Both the position numbers and the translations under genes were made by a program. Below are positions 30,201-39,009 of a stretch of 64,000 nt of DNA, piece after piece; the first letter of the stretch is position 1; every line of letters begins with the position of its first letter. Origin of the DNA: Chitinophagaceae bacterium. Lineage in GTDB: Bacteria > Bacteroidota > Bacteroidia > Chitinophagales > Chitinophagaceae. The stretch covers positions 7,337 through 71,336 of the forward strand of contig SEAD01000007.1 in assembly GCA_004173355.1 (NCBI GenBank), given 5' to 3'. Under the pieces are notes generated by a model that saw only the letters and a program-made list of their open reading frames with translations, did not search any database and was not told the DNA's origin.

Positions 30201-30505
30201 ACCCGACCAACGATTATGCAAACGGGTTACAGGGTGGACGACTTCCGATCACTGACCGTTTTATTGAAGACGGATCTTTTGTGCGGATCAAAAACCTCTC
30301 ACTTGGTTATACTTTCAAAAACCTTATCGGTACACGGAGCGCGCGGATTTATGTAAGTGCCAATAACCTGTACACATTCACCAACTATTCCGGTTATGAC
30401 CCCGAGGTAAACACCTTTGGCGGATCAAATACATCCGTGGGGATCGATAACCTGGTGTACCCGCAGGCCAAATCATTCCTCGCAGGGATCCAGGTTGCAC
30501 TTTAA
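27221..30505 (+). CDS. SusC/RagA-family TonB-dependent outer-membrane transporter
   Basis: Carboxypeptidase-regulatory-like segment GVITSFRGEPLPGATITIKGT, plug motif VVVVGYGTQRR, and a C-terminal beta-barrel ending in F-rich strands. Followed by susD-like gene 18 nt later. Has an unusual ~95-aa low-complexity N-terminal extension. Confidence 0.95.
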   Translation: MRMNFRIVRKQPRYVRILMLALFLFSLSDASGQDSTLPKRDTIPSKSDSIPAKADSVVPKRDTLPLTRDSNPARPPVSNTSADTSKPKVSAAVVDSTGAQEFATAKTDTIPAVGDTTGSVSGVITSFRGEPLPGATITIKGTPRNVKSDSTGRFSIDAAVGIELEITYVGYAPQTVAVTGKPLTIILGATATENKEVVVVGYGTQRRIANTGSIASVRGAEITQTPVVNVAQGLQGRVAGVQVTQNNAAPGGNISVRVRGTNSINGSSEPLYIIDGIQVSNEAGGNSVSPLSTLNPGDIESVEILKDAAATAIYGSRAANGVVLITTKRGRQGETAVQVDLYSGFQELPNKIPVLNATEFAALENEVYNTAVYPDPVAQGKGTDWQDLIFRRGWMQNAQVSASGGNEKTQFSVSGNYFNQEGIIIKSNYRRYSLRAALDNTINDKFKFGATILGSYGINRSVPTASSSIDAAAATSSIVGAALGAPPTLTPFREDGSIFPLGEQYSGRYREVANPLGLAEIYSQQAVKRTLANVYIEAKPIRDLVYRASFNADLSSSLADMYSPIYIIAPADRNENSGSASKSNGNVTSLLHESILTYTKAFGDHDFKVTGVYGSQSIASNSNTINANGFPNDLTRNEALQLAVNRTVTTARTREVLHSFMGRINYGYADKYFLDFTARYDGNSKFGANNKWGFFPAVSGAWRIIEEPFLQESKFFSDLKLRASYGLTGNAAAIGPYQSLATVASGNNYAFDHLYVTGINPSGIPNPDLRWEKSTQMNFGLDLSVLDNRIGLVVDVYRKTTEDLLFLRQLPISSGYGTIIGNFASIRNQGVEFAVNAKILDGDFKWNANANVSVNRNKLLSLAGGLDEFVLSQYGVLRVGQPLGVFKTYSYGGLYQNGEAILPGSDGRLGGPKVVDLDKDGTITGNDQSITGRANPDLIFGFSTNMNYKNFDLSVFVSGVIGNEIFNLSRYSFENALGGRNVLEGLINRWNPDNPTNDYANGLQGGRLPITDRFIEDGSFVRIKNLSLGYTFKNLIGTRSARIYVSANNLYTFTNYSGYDPEVNTFGGSNTSVGIDNLVYPQAKSFLAGIQVAL

Positions 30506-30523
30506 CTGATACAAAAAAGGATC

Positions 30524-32005
30524 ATGAAAAAACTGATATACATTTTTACCACATTGCTTGTCGCGGGAAACCTTTCCTGTACCAAACTGGATGAGAATCC
30601 CTACTCTATCATCACAACCGACCAGTTTTACCAGACCCCCTCCGATGCCCTCGCCGCGCTGAGCGCCGCGTACGCGCAGCTGGTGGAGATCTATAATACC
30701 GCAGGCACCTGCGCATCCGATTTCAGTGCCGACCAGATCTATCCGCGCCAGGCAGTAGGCCGCAATACACTTACATTATTTACCTACGACCCCAGTTATG
30801 CCACACAGATCAGTTTCGGACGTGTATACGAATCACCGCAGCAGCTCTGGAACTCCTGTTACGCAGGTATCGAAAAATCAAACTGGGTAATCGCAAAAGT
30901 ACCGGCCATTGATATGGACGTGACAGCGCGGGACGCAATTGTCGGGGATGCCCTCTTCCTGCGTGCGTTTTACCATTTCACCCTCGCAAAAAATTTCGGC
31001 GATGTGATCATCAAAATCGAACCAAGTGCAGGGGTGGAAACGGCTTTCCTGCCAACCAGCCCGAAGGCGGAAGTATATACGCAGATTATGGCTGACCTTA
31101 CTGAAGCCGCAGCCAAACTACCCGATTACCCTTCCAACCAGCGTGGCCGTGCTTCCAGGCAGGCAGCCTGGGGACTGCATGCGAAAGCAGCTTTGTATGC
31201 GGAAAACTGGACAGTAGCCGCGCAGAAAGCACAGGAAGTGATCGCGTCAAATGTATTCACCCTGCTTCCGGAAATCAAGGATGTATTTGATGTTACTAAA
31301 GAAGATGCCTCGCGGGCTGAAAACATGTGGGCATTTGAAGCGGAGAGCACACCTCCGGCTCGCAGCCACCAGTTACTGAGTATGTACGGACCGGCCAACA
31401 CGGTGGCCCCGGCATATGGCAAGGAAACCTATGGATCCGCATTTGCCTACCAGGCATTCTTTGATTCTTTTGACCCGGCTGACAAACGCCGCACACTGCT
31501 TGATACCAATTATGTAAATGCAGCCGGTGAGGTTATGCCGCAGAGCTCCATCTCGCCCATTACCCCGAAAGCAGTGCTCGTGAAAAAATACATGGATGCC
31601 AACTCGCTCGGACCATTGGGGAATATCAATGTACCGGTCCTGCGTTATGCGGATATGTACCTGATCGCCGCTGAAGCAACTGCCCGGTCGGGCGGACCCA
31701 CACAGCAATCGTACGACTTCGTGAACGTGATCCGTACCCGCGCAGGATTGCCGGGTCTTACACCAGGTCTCGGACAGGATGACTTTATAAAAGCGATCCT
31801 GCAGGAACGGAGCTGGGAATTTTTCGGGGAAGGTGACCGCTGGTATGACCTGACCCGCACCAATACTTTTTTGCAGGTGATCCCACTGGCCGTAAATGAT
31901 GTGTATCCCGAAAGGGCGCCGCAGGCACGCCACCGCTATTTCCCCATACCCCAGGATGAAGTGAATGCAAATGATAACCTTCAGCAAAATCCCGACTGGC
32001 GATAG
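30524..32005 (+). CDS. SusD/RagB-family nutrient-binding outer-membrane lipoprotein
   Basis: Lipoprotein signal LVAGNLSC and SusD-type sequences (RAFYHFTLAKNFGDV, RWYDLTRTN, FPIPQDEVNAN). Confidence 0.95.
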   Translation: MKKLIYIFTTLLVAGNLSCTKLDENPYSIITTDQFYQTPSDALAALSAAYAQLVEIYNTAGTCASDFSADQIYPRQAVGRNTLTLFTYDPSYATQISFGRVYESPQQLWNSCYAGIEKSNWVIAKVPAIDMDVTARDAIVGDALFLRAFYHFTLAKNFGDVIIKIEPSAGVETAFLPTSPKAEVYTQIMADLTEAAAKLPDYPSNQRGRASRQAAWGLHAKAALYAENWTVAAQKAQEVIASNVFTLLPEIKDVFDVTKEDASRAENMWAFEAESTPPARSHQLLSMYGPANTVAPAYGKETYGSAFAYQAFFDSFDPADKRRTLLDTNYVNAAGEVMPQSSISPITPKAVLVKKYMDANSLGPLGNINVPVLRYADMYLIAAEATARSGGPTQQSYDFVNVIRTRAGLPGLTPGLGQDDFIKAILQERSWEFFGEGDRWYDLTRTNTFLQVIPLAVNDVYPERAPQARHRYFPIPQDEVNANDNLQQNPDWR

Positions 32006-32066
32006 TTTTCAGTTTAGCCATGGAAAATACCGGTGAAGCCGATAGGTCCGATCCGGAAGTTTCACG

Positions 32067-32100
32067 ATCGTGACACCTGCAGGTGTCACGATTTTTTTTA
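32067..32100 (+). terminator. Rho-independent terminator after the susC/susD pair
   Basis: Stem ATCGTGACACCT / AGGTGTCACGAT followed by a run of 7 T. Confidence 0.8.
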
Positions 32101-32183
32101 CCTAGCCTGTTACATGTGAAAAAAAACCCAGCTTCGACTCGCCGGAAACACAATAAAATCAGCGGCTTAAGAGTTTCTGAGCC

Positions 32184-33584
32184 ATGAAAAGAATCATCCT
32201 CCCCGCATTTATATTTATTTCCGCCAGCCTCCATGGGCAGGCACTTCCCGGCTTCCAGACCGGCTCAGCTGCCGGGGTGACCGGTGTTTTCAGTAACCCT
32301 GCGAACATTGCAGACAGCCGGTATAAATGGGATGTGAACCTCTTTTCTATCAGCACCAGCGTCGGTAATAATAAAGCCACTTTCAGCACAAGTGATTTCG
32401 GGGATAATTTTTCAGGTGATGACCTGCTCCGGCGTTTTATCGGTGGCGGCACCGAAGGGAGCAATGCATTGATCAATGCCCAGCTGACCGGGCCTTCTTT
32501 TATGATCGGGCTCCGCGATAAATCCAGCATAGCCTTCACCTCCAGGGCAAGGGTATTGATGAATGCCGTGGACTTCGATGGCCGTCTTGCCAACCAGCTT
32601 CTCTATCCGGAGGAAATGCAATTTTCCCTGCCATATGAAATCCGTTCGGATAAAAATATGCGCGTTAACATCAATGCCTGGTCAGAATTTGGCCTCTCCT
32701 ATGCACGGGTACTGAAAAACGACGGCGAACATTTTGTAAAAGCAGGTGTGACACTCAAATACCTCGCAGGCGTGACGAATGGTTACCTGAATGTGAACCG
32801 CCTCAATGCAAATATCTATGCGACCGGCCTGACCGATGAGGGTGCGGTAGCCAATGCTTCCGGTGCCCTGGCAGTGGGGGCAGGTGGGGTCAAACTGGAT
32901 AATTTTGAAGCAAAGGATCTCACTTCATTCGAGAGTTCGGGTTTTGGTGCGGATCTTGGTTTCGTATATGAATACCGCCCGGGCATAGCTAACGATGAGC
33001 TCAGCGGATGGAGACAGGACCGGGAAAAATATAAATTCCGTTTTGGTGCCTCACTGATCGATGCAGGAAAAATCAAATACAAAAAAGACATGCAGCGCAG
33101 CGGTGGCTACAATGTCGATATCGACGGGGTTGAATTCCTTGACCTGAATGAACTCAGCAACCAGCCGCTGGATGAACTGAACCAGTACTTCGCGGCAAAC
33201 CCTGATCTCTTCACGCCAACAGATGCCGGTCCGGCCAACTACAAAGCCGCCTTACCAACCACACTGCAACTGGATGCCGATTACCATATCAACGGCGGGT
33301 TGTTTGTCAATGCCGGCGGGCAGATCAGCCTGACGGACAACGAAACAAAAATTTATAACAGCCAGTACTATTCCGGCTTCAGCCTGACACCACGCTGGGA
33401 AGGAAAACGGCTCGGGTTCTACCTGCCCTTGTCGTATAACGCACTTACCGATTTCAATGCAGGTCTTGCATTCCGCTTTGGACCGGTATTCCTCGGATCG
33501 GGGTCTATCCTCTCCGCTGTATTCGGTGATTCAAAACAGGCAGATGCATTTTTTGGGGTGAAATTCGGCGGCCTGCTGGATTAA
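32184..33584 (+). CDS. Putative outer-membrane beta-barrel protein (DUF5723-/FadL-/PorV-like by recollection)
   Basis: Signal peptide MKRIILPAFIFISASLHGQ. Alternating-hydrophobicity beta-strand pattern throughout and a GVFSNPANIA motif near the N-terminus. The family assignment is from memory only. Confidence 0.6.
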   Translation: MKRIILPAFIFISASLHGQALPGFQTGSAAGVTGVFSNPANIADSRYKWDVNLFSISTSVGNNKATFSTSDFGDNFSGDDLLRRFIGGGTEGSNALINAQLTGPSFMIGLRDKSSIAFTSRARVLMNAVDFDGRLANQLLYPEEMQFSLPYEIRSDKNMRVNINAWSEFGLSYARVLKNDGEHFVKAGVTLKYLAGVTNGYLNVNRLNANIYATGLTDEGAVANASGALAVGAGGVKLDNFEAKDLTSFESSGFGADLGFVYEYRPGIANDELSGWRQDREKYKFRFGASLIDAGKIKYKKDMQRSGGYNVDIDGVEFLDLNELSNQPLDELNQYFAANPDLFTPTDAGPANYKAALPTTLQLDADYHINGGLFVNAGGQISLTDNETKIYNSQYYSGFSLTPRWEGKRLGFYLPLSYNALTDFNAGLAFRFGPVFLGSGSILSAVFGDSKQADAFFGVKFGGLLD

Positions 33585-33591
33585 CCAGTCA

Positions 33592-34659
33592 CTAAATCGA
33601 ACGATACTGGAGGATGGCTTCTTCTATTTTGCCTGTGTCAAATTTTAATCCTGCAGCAGATTTTGCATTCGTGAGAATGGTTTTCATTTTGTCAATATAG
33701 GAATTATAGGAAACCTGCAGTGCCACCGGGTCATCGATAAAGTCATCGGCAAGCAGCAGTTGCCGGTCCACCAGTTGGTTCAGCGAGCGTACATCCGGAT
33801 TTGCGAGCATTTCCCGTACCTGCTGGGGTCCGGGTTTCGGGTATTTATTCAGCTGCAACATGCTTTTCAACCGATCCTGGTTGTTTTTACCGGGGTAATT
33901 ATCAAGCAATTCATGGATTGCCTGCTCGAGCCTTTTCAACCTGGATAACTTTTTGGTGATTGAGATCGATATGGAGGAAAGGTCTTCCTGTAATTTATCT
34001 GCTGCATCATCAATGCTGGAATAAAATTCCAGGTAGGGTGAAATGGTCTTGTTGAAACGGTCAATGGTTGACTGTTGTATTTTCCCCTCCGACACGGTAA
34101 TAGCACTCGTGACTGCATCTTTTGCGAGGGATGTGACCGGCGTGAATTTCAGGATGCCGGCTACCAGCGGGTTGCTGACCAGCATGGCGATGATCTTCTG
34201 GAACTTTGATTTCTGGGCGCCGTTGCCAACATCCGAACCAAGGATATCAATGGCATTCTTCGTAAGCACTTCCGCGAAAGAAGTTCCGAGATAATCACTG
34301 GATGGGTTAACCACTTTCAGGCTGGTGATCCCGTTATTGATCAATGCAATCTGCTGGTCAAGGTTGTTGAGGTCCTTGCGAAACTGCCCGATCCCACGGA
34401 TCACCGCATTATACCGTCCAAGCTCCGCTTCCACTTCTTTCTGGCCGTCAATGGCCGCACCCTGCGAAGCAGTACTGACCACCTGCCGGTTATCCTTTTT
34501 GTTTGCTTCGTAATTGCCGGCTGTACTGATAACAGTACGTACCTGGCGGTCAGTGTTCCGGATGGCGGAAAACGGACTGGCCGCGGCTCCATCCTGTGCG
34601 TTGGCTGGATTCAGCAATATTATAAACGGCGTGATAAAAAACAGCTGGATGATTCGCAT
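33592..34659 (-). CDS. Secreted, predominantly helical hypothetical protein
   Basis: Start taken at ATG 34659 (MRIIQLFFITPFIILLNPANAQ, a signal peptide). No recognisable motif. Confidence 0.7.
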   Translation of the reverse strand: MRIIQLFFITPFIILLNPANAQDGAAASPFSAIRNTDRQVRTVISTAGNYEANKKDNRQVVSTASQGAAIDGQKEVEAELGRYNAVIRGIGQFRKDLNNLDQQIALINNGITSLKVVNPSSDYLGTSFAEVLTKNAIDILGSDVGNGAQKSKFQKIIAMLVSNPLVAGILKFTPVTSLAKDAVTSAITVSEGKIQQSTIDRFNKTISPYLEFYSSIDDAADKLQEDLSSISISITKKLSRLKRLEQAIHELLDNYPGKNNQDRLKSMLQLNKYPKPGPQQVREMLANPDVRSLNQLVDRQLLLADDFIDDPVALQVSYNSYIDKMKTILTNAKSAAGLKFDTGKIEEAILQYRSI

Positions 34660-34776
34660 GGCGATAGGTTGTGTACATCTATATCGGGCAGGAACAACGA
34701 TGTCATCAATACCATTCCAATGCAACCGGGCATCCAGCTGTTTCGTGAGCTTTCCTGTGTGGTTCTTGCTGGAAAA

Positions 34777-35667
34777 TCAGCCGAAATAATTCTTTTCTAT
34801 ATCCTCCAGAAGTCCCATCCCCTGAGGCTTCCAGCCCAGACGCTGTTTCGTCCACGCGGCTGATGCCGGCACATCCAGCGAGGCAAAATGGGCAAACCAA
34901 CCGAAGTTTTCAGCAACGGCCTCACCGGTTACACTCTTCACGGGTAAGCCCAGCTTATCACCAATCAATGTCGCTATTTCCCGGAACGGTATACCCCCGT
35001 CACCGATCGCATGGTAATGCTCGCCCTTCGATCCCTTTTCAACAGCCAGGCGGAACAGGCTTGCAGCGTCGGGACGATGGACTCCGGGCCAGCGGTTCTG
35101 CCCTTCCCCGACATAAGCAGATATGCCCTTTTCTTTCGCGATGCTGATCAGGATCGGCACAAAACCATGATCCCCTTTATCGTGGACTGATGGCGGCAGA
35201 CGCACCACTGATACATTCACCCCTTTCGCAACCTCTGCCGCGGCGGCTTCTTCGGAAGCGATCCTCGGCATCACTGAAGAATCGACCAGAGATCTCATAT
35301 CTTCCGTGAGCAGTTTACCGCCTGCAAGTAAACCGATGCCGGAGGTAATAATAAATGGCTTGCCACCGCTACCAATCGCATCGCCGATTGCAGCAATGAT
35401 TGCACGATCGGCCTCACAGCTTTCCCTGTATCTGGAAAAATCGTGGTTAAAGGCAGTGTGGATCACGCCATCGACATCTTTTGCACCGGCGGCTACGCTC
35501 TGTATATCGTCGAGGTCGCCCCTGTGCACATCCGCTCCCTGCTGCCGCAGTTCCTCCGCGCCGCGGTCTGACCGGGTCAGTCCAAGTACTTCATGACCCG
35601 CCTTCAAAAGATCTTTCACTACCGCTGATCCCACGAACCCGGTAGCTCCTGTTACGTATACACGCAT
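34777..35667 (-). CDS. Atypical SDR / NAD(P)-binding NmrA-like oxidoreductase
   Basis: MRVYVTGATGFVGSAV Rossmann motif at the re-picked ATG 35667. Confidence 0.85.
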   Translation of the reverse strand: MRVYVTGATGFVGSAVVKDLLKAGHEVLGLTRSDRGAEELRQQGADVHRGDLDDIQSVAAGAKDVDGVIHTAFNHDFSRYRESCEADRAIIAAIGDAIGSGGKPFIITSGIGLLAGGKLLTEDMRSLVDSSVMPRIASEEAAAAEVAKGVNVSVVRLPPSVHDKGDHGFVPILISIAKEKGISAYVGEGQNRWPGVHRPDAASLFRLAVEKGSKGEHYHAIGDGGIPFREIATLIGDKLGLPVKSVTGEAVAENFGWFAHFASLDVPASAAWTKQRLGWKPQGMGLLEDIEKNYFG

Positions 35668-35789
35668 ACTATTTATTTGTTTGTTACGCCTGACGGCAAT
35701 GATATTTACAGCAAAGCTCGACCGGCTGCATCCGGAAAACAAGGTCATTTGTCACCGATTTCAGTATTTGGGCTAGATTTGCCCCAGCG

Positions 35790-36377
35790 ATGCCTATGTT
35801 CGACTTATTTGAAAAATATATACAGTCCGAGATAAACATCAGTGATGATGACCTGCAGCTGCTCCGTTCAAAAGGGACAGAAAAGAAAATGCGCAGGAAG
35901 GAATTGCTGCTGCATGAAGGTGAGATCAGCCGCCACAAAAGTTTTGTGTGCAGGGGAATGCTCCGCACATTCCGTGTCAATCCTGATGGATCGGAATCGA
36001 TCATGCGTTTTTCACCGGAGAATACCTGGAGCCTTGACCCGCAGAGTTACAATGCAGTCAAACCAACCCGGTATACAATCGAGGCGATGGAAGACGCATG
36101 GCTGATCCAATGGTCAAAAGGGGAAATGGAATCATTGTTTGACCGCATCCCTGCGTTGAAAATGTATTCCGATAAACTCCGGGAGGAATCATACGATACC
36201 ACACAGAACCGTGTGCTGGCCAATATCAGTTTATCCGCTGAAGAAAAGTACCAGGACTTTATTGATACCCATCCCGGGGTTTTCCTTCGCGTGCCACTGC
36301 ATATGGTGGCTTCGTACATCGGCGTCTCCCGCGAAACACTGAGCAGGATCAGGCAGGCACAGGTCAGGCAGAAGTGA
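35790..36377 (+). CDS. Crp/Fnr-family transcriptional regulator (cNMP-binding domain + HTH)
   Basis: 195 aa with a cNMP-binding-like N-terminal half and C-terminal HTH MVASYIGVSRETLSRIR. Divergent from the SDR gene. Confidence 0.85.
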   Translation: MPMFDLFEKYIQSEINISDDDLQLLRSKGTEKKMRRKELLLHEGEISRHKSFVCRGMLRTFRVNPDGSESIMRFSPENTWSLDPQSYNAVKPTRYTIEAMEDAWLIQWSKGEMESLFDRIPALKMYSDKLREESYDTTQNRVLANISLSAEEKYQDFIDTHPGVFLRVPLHMVASYIGVSRETLSRIRQAQVRQK

Positions 36378-36379
36378 TT

Positions 36380-38140
36380 TTATTTCACCGGTGCCCTGAA
36401 CCCACCATACAGTGATGGCAGGAGGTATTCCGTAATGATGCGGTCGGCCTGTGCATGTGCATAGGGTTTGTTGTACGCCTTTGCTGTAATAACAATAACC
36501 AGTGGCTGGTCCCTGAAGATCACCAGGTGGTTGCCGCCATTGCCCGCACAGTACCAGGTATCATAGGATTTGCCTCCCGACTGCAGGGTCTTGTTCCAGA
36601 AAAGGTATCCGTAATACTCCCCTTCACGACCGGTGATGGACAGTTGCCTGCTGAGTGATGTGTCCACCCAATGCCCGGGCAACAGCTGACGGCCCTTGTA
36701 CATGCCCCTGTCCTTGTACAACTGGACATACCGGGCATAATCCAGTGCCCGCATTTTCAGGCTGCCGGCAGTATTGGGTACATGTTGCGGCGTGTATTGC
36801 CATTGGTAGTTGTGGATTCCCAGTGGCTCAAATAATTCAGCAGCCGCATATTTCTCCAGGCCTCCCGGTACACGCCGGTCCAGCACATCACCAAGGATTA
36901 CCACACCTGCGGTGAAATAATCCCATCTCTGTTTTTGCAACTTCACCGTATCAACGGGAAGGTTGAGGGCAAACCTGACCCAGTCCGGTGCGGGATACAT
37001 GTTTTCTTCGTTGCCTGGGGAATTGCCATCCTGGTCGGACCCATCAAAACAGGAACCCATCACCAGCAGGTCCCTGAACCGGATACTGTCTTTCGCTGCT
37101 GAGTAATTATTATACGTATCCAGTTTGTACACCGAAGAGAGTGTTTCATTTTCATCGCGGATATATCCATCCCTGATGGCAATACCCATGATCGTTGATG
37201 CAAACGACTTACCGACCGAACGGGTGTCATGTAATGAATCCCTTGTTGCCCCGTTAAAATATTCTTCTATCAACAGGCGGCCATCTTTGATGACAACCAC
37301 ACTGGTAATGTCTTTCAGGTCGTAGGCTGCAATGGCGTAGTTCATCGCCCCGATGGCTTTCGGATTGGTTTTACCGGATGACAAATCCCAACCCGTTGCG
37401 GGTTTGATCGGCTGCACCTTCACCTGTCCGGGCCGCACTACCGGTTTTGCGATCTGCAAACCAAGCGAACCTTCAGCGATCAGCTGGCCGACACGCAGGT
37501 TGGCACTGCTGAGGACCGCATCCACAGAGCCCGCAGCATCACCGGGTTCCAGCCCTTCGGGAAGCTGTACATAGGGACGCAGCTGCACCGTGAGCCGGTG
37601 CTTCCCGTTACCCATTGCCGCAGCACCGCCATTGCTAAGGAACCGGTCCCACAGGTTCATCGCCCACCAGCTTTCGGCGGTTGTGCTGGTAAAGGGTACG
37701 CGGAAACTGGTGGAACTGTTTTTATCCCCGCCTGATCCATAATTGCAGCCATGATGGATGTTTTCGCGGTACACCAGTTTCCCGTCCACGAGGAAGGAAA
37801 ACTGGAAATTGCCATTCGCCAGTAATTGTTCGGCGCTAAGTGCCGGCGCGATCTGGTGCATGTAATTGGTGATCGAGTTATCCATAAACACGCGGATGTT
37901 CAGGCTTTTGCTTCGATCAAGCCGGAAGTCCCGCAAGAACTCCGATTCCCGGAGTTTTTCCAGCGGGATATTCCCCTGCATAAAAGCGATACGGCCAATA
38001 TTATGTTGATGGACGGGTAGTCCGGGTGCGGTGACAGCGACGAGGTCGGGCGACTGTGCCCGCAGCAGTGCGCAGCACAGGACAAAAACGGGGAGCAGGA
38101 TCTTTTTCAAAAACAGAATTTGATTCAAATCTACCGGCAC
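36380..38140 (-). CDS. Secreted serine hydrolase (beta-lactamase fold) with a ~270-aa N-terminal extra domain
   Basis: S-x-x-K motif SVGKSF. Signal-like LKKILLPVFVLCCALLRAQS. The start is uncertain (GTG at 38140 in the ORF track). Confidence 0.8.
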   Translation of the reverse strand: MPVDLNQILFLKKILLPVFVLCCALLRAQSPDLVAVTAPGLPVHQHNIGRIAFMQGNIPLEKLRESEFLRDFRLDRSKSLNIRVFMDNSITNYMHQIAPALSAEQLLANGNFQFSFLVDGKLVYRENIHHGCNYGSGGDKNSSTSFRVPFTSTTAESWWAMNLWDRFLSNGGAAAMGNGKHRLTVQLRPYVQLPEGLEPGDAAGSVDAVLSSANLRVGQLIAEGSLGLQIAKPVVRPGQVKVQPIKPATGWDLSSGKTNPKAIGAMNYAIAAYDLKDITSVVVIKDGRLLIEEYFNGATRDSLHDTRSVGKSFASTIMGIAIRDGYIRDENETLSSVYKLDTYNNYSAAKDSIRFRDLLVMGSCFDGSDQDGNSPGNEENMYPAPDWVRFALNLPVDTVKLQKQRWDYFTAGVVILGDVLDRRVPGGLEKYAAAELFEPLGIHNYQWQYTPQHVPNTAGSLKMRALDYARYVQLYKDRGMYKGRQLLPGHWVDTSLSRQLSITGREGEYYGYLFWNKTLQSGGKSYDTWYCAGNGGNHLVIFRDQPLVIVITAKAYNKPYAHAQADRIITEYLLPSLYGGFRAPVK

Positions 38141-38176
38141 GCTGCTTACTGGAATAGAACAAAATTAACATCGGCG

Positions 38177-38980
38177 TTACCGCGTAAGCAATGCCCGGAA
38201 TGCCTTTGGGGTATGGCCATACACTTTCCTGAAGCAGCGCGTGAAATGACTCTGGTCTGCAAACCCGCATTCATAACCGATATCAGTGAGTGAACGCGAA
38301 TAGTCCGTCATCAGGTTTGCTGATTTTTCCACCCGCACCATTCGCTGGTATTCACCCAGCGTACAACCAAAATATTTCGCGAAGCCGCGGGAGAAATGCA
38401 CGGGGTGGACCTGTACGAACGCGGCTATTTCCGCAAGACCCAGGTCCATCGTATCGGTGTCGTGGAAAAGTTCGCGGGCCTTTTTCACCCAGCGCGGGAC
38501 GGTGGTGAATCGCTGCTGATCGGCAGTGACCATATTTCCAAGTAATCCGGTGACCAGCGATTCGGTCGCGGCGATAGACGTTGTACCGGATTTCATTTCC
38601 CGGAAGAGCTGCCGTACGATGGTTTTAGGGGCCGGATCGCCGATCCTCGAACTGCCTTCCGGTAATTTCCCCTGATCCATTCCATCGATCCATGATCGTT
38701 CGATTTCGATATGGAAGCCACGGGTGAATCCCGGTGGTTTGGAATTATAATGTGGTTCCTGCCAGTGATGGAACAGGAGGGTTCCGGCCGGACACTCGTA
38801 TTCTTCCCGCCTGTCACCTTCGATTACTGCACCCTGCAGGATAAAAGTGAAATAGGCCTGTTCATGGAAATGCCAGTCAACCCTGGGGTGTGTATACACT
38901 GTATCCGTCAGCGTAATGCCGTCGAATGCAAGCGTGTGCCCGGTATCACCGAAAAACTGTCCTTTCACCAATGAAATCAT
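38177..38980 (-). CDS. AraC-family transcriptional regulator (cupin-like N-terminus)
   Basis: C-terminal double HTH (LAEIAAFVQVHPVHFSRGFAKYFG ... IGYECGFADQSHFTRCFRKVYGHTP). Confidence 0.9.
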   Translation of the reverse strand: MISLVKGQFFGDTGHTLAFDGITLTDTVYTHPRVDWHFHEQAYFTFILQGAVIEGDRREEYECPAGTLLFHHWQEPHYNSKPPGFTRGFHIEIERSWIDGMDQGKLPEGSSRIGDPAPKTIVRQLFREMKSGTTSIAATESLVTGLLGNMVTADQQRFTTVPRWVKKARELFHDTDTMDLGLAEIAAFVQVHPVHFSRGFAKYFGCTLGEYQRMVRVEKSANLMTDYSRSLTDIGYECGFADQSHFTRCFRKVYGHTPKAFRALLTR

Positions 38981-39009
38981 CGTTGGCTAAAGTAATCCAT
39001 CCGGACGGA

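Noticed and set aside
14786-36377. Linking the class III cyclase (14786-15874) with the Crp/cNMP-binding regulator (35790-36377) as one signalling circuit
   Set aside because: They are 20 kb apart with unrelated genes between them. Crp/Fnr-family regulators are abundant in Bacteroidota and usually pair with their divergent neighbour, here the SDR gene.
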